Part shown: piece by piece, positions 60,481 through 64,000 of the stretch
How positions within the stretch are numbered: the first letter of the stretch is position 1
Layout: each line of letters starts with the position of its first letter
NCBI GenBank assembly: GCA_950097015.1
Contig: CATNEN010000030.1
Span: 4,092,001 to 4,156,000 of the forward strand
Direction: 5' to 3'
Source: Macrostomum hystrix
Taxonomy: Eukaryota > Animalia > Platyhelminthes
DNA: 64,000 bases
The notes under the pieces: generated by a model
Databases searched by the model: none
What the model was told of the DNA's origin: nothing
The model's input: only the letters and a program-made list of their open reading frames with translations
Made by a program: the position numbers and the translations under genes

Positions 60481-63270
60481 ATGTTGGCCACAATTCTTGC
60501 CCGCGGCCCCTCTGCCATCCGCCATTTGGCCACAGGGCGGTGGCAGCAACACTGCGGACTCTGCACTTACGAGAATGTGGCATCAACTGCCATGGTCTAC
60601 GAGTCAGTATTTCGCCAGTCTGTCCACAGTCCCGAGGAATTTTGGGCCGAGCAGGCCAGCAAGCTGTCGTGGAAGACCAAGTTCAAGAAGGTGCTGGACC
60701 ACCGGGACCCAATCCGACCGCGCTGGTTCACCGGCGGCGAGTTGAACACCACCTACAACTGCCTGGATCGGCACGTGGAGGACGGATTCGGCGATCAGGT
60801 GGCCGTGATTCACGACTCGCCAGTCACCAAGTCTATCGCTCGCATCACCTACAGCGAGCTGCTAGATCAGGCTGCCAGATTTGCTGGCTACCTGGCCAAG
60901 GAAGGCGTGAAGCGTGGCGACCGAGTGCTAATCTACATGCCCATGGTGCCAGAGACCATGGTGGCCATGCTGGGCACCGCCCGCATCGGCGCCATTCACT
61001 CGCTGGTGTTCGGCGGCTTCGCTGCCAACGAGCTGGCCGCGCGCATCGCTCACGCCAAGCCGAAGGTAGTGGTCTGCGGCTCGTGCGGCGTTGAGCCAGG
61101 CCGCACCATCGACTACAGGGTGATCTTGCGCGACGCTCTGGCCATGGTGAACGGTGGCCAGCACAATGTCTCCCGGGTAGTGCTGTTCCAGCGCCAGGGC
61201 GGCCTGCCTCTCTCTGAGCCGGAGCCCGGCTTGGACGCCGACTGGGCCGAGGCTTTGGCCTCGTCCAGGCGTCACGATGCTGTGCCAATAGAAGCTAACG
61301 AGCCTGTGTACCTGCTGTACACCAGCGGAACAACTGGCTCGCCCAAAGGCGTGGTCCGACCCTCGGCTGGCCACGCCGTGGCGCTGAACTTCTCCATGAA
61401 CGCGCTCTACGGCCTGGATCCCGGAGACGTCTGGTGGGCGGCCAGCGACTTTGGCTGGGTGGTTGGGCACTCGTACATCTGCTATGGCCCCCTGCTGCAC
61501 AGGAATACCACCATTATCTACGAAGGTTAGTTGCTTGCATCACACCTGTTTTAGGTCGCATCTATTGAGCAAGGAAGGGGGTGAGTGGCAGAGTGGTTAA
61601 CGCGATTCCGCGGCGAGGCCACATTCATTTCGGGCGCTGCCGCGGAGAAAAGGCTTGGGGGCCTGTCGTGCAATTTACGCCATTGAGGGCCAACCTCCAA
61701 GGCATAGTGAGTGTACACTGCCTGACGATGTGAAAGTCAGGGCAGATGTACACGCATGTGTGAGCGTGTGCCTGCGTACAGTATCTGTGTGCGTGTGTGC
61801 TCAGGAGTTAGCGGAATGGGCAGAATTGCCTCCTCACTGGCTGCGGGTCTAGTGTCACCAAATGATGTGCCATTGCCTGTCACTATATCTGCGACTTACT
61901 TCCAAACTGACCAAACACACGATTAAGAAGCCAAAATTCTTTGTACGAGCTACTTTGCACTACTCTGATGATCACATAGCTATTCACAGAAGATCTGACC
62001 TCTAATTATAACTAACTAATTTGGTCTCCCTTCTCCTCAACTTGATTTACTTGTATCACCCTACTTTTCTCTCTCTCTTTCTTTCCTTCTTGTGTTTTTG
62101 CACTTTTGTGTCGTATGTTTAACCCACATTACAGACGCACGAGATTGTGTGGCGCCAGACCCCACCCCACCTACACCAGACAGTCTTTTAGATGGTCTCT
62201 ATGACGATCACGTGTCGTGCATTTTCATATACTTTTCGCTCAGTGGCCTGGACTAGCTAAATGTCTTTTTAGTTAGCGTTCTACTTATGCAGTACAGCAT
62301 TGCTTTGGTAAACACTGGCCGGGTAAGGAACGACTGGCTTGAAATACAGTCCGGTTTGACTGACAGGTGGACTCAGTTATGAGTTAGATTGTCTTACTGA
62401 CTCTAAGCTCTACGGGATTGTCTCTGTTCCCAATTGTTGCCCAGTTCCTCCAGCTATCTTCTCTGTTCCCAATTGTTGCCCAGTTCCTCCAGCTATCTTC
62501 TTTGTTCCTTAGTTCAACTGTTTCCCAGTTCCTCCAGCTATCTTCTCTGTTCCTTAGTTCAACTGTTGCCCAGTTCCTCCAGCTATCTTCTCTGTTCCTT
62601 AGTTCAACTGTTGCCCAGTTCCTCCAGCTATCTTCTCTGTTCCCAATTGTTGCCCAGTTCCTCCAGCTATCTTCTCTGTTCCCAATTGTTGCCCAGTTCC
62701 TCCAGCTATCTTCTTTGTTTCTTAGTTCAACTGTTTCCCAGTTCCTCCAGCTATCTTCTCTGTTCCTTAGTTCAACTGTTGCCCAGTTCCTCCAGCTATC
62801 TTCTCTGTTCCTTCGTTCAACTATTGCCCAGTTCCTCCAGCTATCTTCTCTGTTCCTTAGTTCAACTGTTGCCCAGTTCCTCCAACCATCCGTCTGTCAT
62901 GTCCATTGCAGGCAAACCGGTGGGCACGCCGGACGCGGGCCAGTACTATCGGGTCATCAAGCAGCACGGGGTGCGCGCCATGTTCACGGCGCCAACAGCG
63001 CTGCGCGCTATTCATCGCGCCGATTCGCACGATGCCTCAAGCGCGCCCTACCGACCGTTGGACAGCCTGCGCCACGTGTTCGTGGCCGGCGAGCATTGCG
63101 ACGTTGAGACTCTTGCTTGGGCCAGACGGCTATTCCGAGTGCCAGTCTATGACCACTGGTGGCAGACGGAGACTGGCTGGCCAATCACATCCGTCTGTGT
63201 GGGCCTTGGCGACGACAACATGCCGCCCGCTGGCTCCGCTGGCAAACCTGTGCCCGGCTTCCATGTTCAG
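60481..63270 (+). CDS. ACSS3: Acyl-CoA synthetase short-chain family member 3 (propionyl-CoA synthetase-like), mitochondrial; exons 1-2, continues beyond the window
   Basis: Exon 1 60481-61525 (G|gttagt) and exon 2 62912-63270 (ccattgcag|GC AAA CCG). Motifs WFTGGELNTTYNCLDRH, GAIHSLVFGGF, YLLYTSGTTGSPKGVVR, WWAASDFGWVVGHSYICYGPL, EG|KPVGTPDAG, VFVAGEHCD, DHWWQTETGWPIT. Confidence 0.93.
61578..61800 (+). mobile_element. Possible tRNA-derived SINE in ACSS3 intron 1
   Basis: GGGGTGAGTGGCAGAGTGGTTAACGCG carries a Pol III A-box (TGGCNNAGTGG); GC-rich stem CCGCGGC...GCCGCGG; 3' hairpin at about 61710-61753, then a TG-rich tail. No good B-box and no TSD seen. Confidence 0.35.
62415..62885. repeat. 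Composite 39/45-bp minisatellite in ACSS3 intron 1
   Basis: Units TTGCCCAGTTCCTCCAGCTATCTTCTCTGTTCC(CAATTG or TTAGTTCAACTG). Confidence 0.92.
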
Positions 63271-63329
63271 GCGAGTTCCATTGGTTGTTTGTGTCAACTG
63301 GGAACTCTTAACTAATCCAAACAATACTG

Positions 63330-63862
63330 CTAAGATTGGGATTCGAGATCGCCAATGTGGAACTTCGGTTTCTCATTCGGGATTGGAATTCAGGGATCGA
63401 AGATTCGGGTCAGATCCGGATATCATTGATTCGGGTTCGAATATCATAGATTTGGATTCGGAGATCAGAGATTCGGATTCGGAGATGAGCGATTTGGATT
63501 CGGGATTGAGATTCGGATATCATAGATTCAGATTCGGAATTGAGATTCGGAGATCAGAGATTCGGATTCGGGATTGAGATTCGGATATCATAGATTCGGA
63601 TTCGGGATTGAGATTCGGATATCATAGATTCGGATTCGGGATTGAGATTCGGATATCATAGATTCGGATTCAGAAGCATAGATTCGGATTCGGAAGCATA
63701 GATTCTATTCTGATTAGGAGATCATAGATTCGGATTAGTAGATCATAGATGCTTATTATGAGATCATATATTCGGATTAGGAGATCATAGATTCGGATTA
63801 GTAGATCATAGATTCGGACTAGGAGATCATAGATTCGAATTAGGAGATCATAGATTCGGATT
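63330..63862. repeat. Degenerate GATTCG-rich tandem repeat in ACSS3 intron 2
   Basis: Recurring GAGATTCGGATATCATAGATTCGGATTCGG and GGAGATCATAGATTCGGATTA units. Confidence 0.85.
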
Positions 63863-64000
63863 TTTTATATTTTGGTGTCTGTGGCGGCCGCCAGTCCATG
63901 GACTGTGTAGCTCTGTACACAGTTTTTGATGGGCCGCGCAATATCTTCGGCTGTGGTACGAGTGAATAAATGTGCCATGTTTGAGTTAGGTGTGATTTCT

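Noticed and set aside
61710-61753. CTGACGA...GAAA hammerhead-like motif
   Set aside because: Only 3 nt lie between the motifs and there is no UH cleavage triplet before stem I; a simple hairpin explains the pairing.

Overview
Eukaryotic (animal) genomic DNA with spliceosomal GT-AG introns, GC-rich exons, AT-rich spacers and about 14 different minisatellite arrays. The style suggests a flatworm such as Macrostomum; that assignment is inference, not shown. Host genes: (1) a 10+-exon GABA-B-type class C GPCR (minus strand, 9431 to beyond position 1); (2) a tandem cluster of three paralogous type I membrane-protein genes (minus strand, 16.7-31.7 kb); (3) MCEE; (4) PPP6C; (5) a single-exon Cys-rich membrane protein with three PY motifs; (6) ACSS3, running off the right edge. 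Mobile DNA: a Ty3/gypsy gag-protease fragment, an internally deleted IS630/Tc1 element with long inverted repeats, a 555-bp MITE with an 8-bp TSD, a 5'-truncated RTE-type LINE with a 12-bp TSD, and smaller relics. The best candidate for an undescribed system is the three-gene cluster. An unfamiliar ectodomain encoded by one ~2.6-kb exon is joined to an L1CAM/neuroglian-type cytoplasmic tail. The ankyrin-binding FIGQY-like motif (FLGEY, FLGEY, FIGDY) sits on a small terminal exon that the ORF track misses. One copy is cut by a retrotransposon into a predicted secreted form, appears gene-converted from its neighbour, and has left behind a conserved orphan tail exon. All counts and identities were made by eye; no searches were run.
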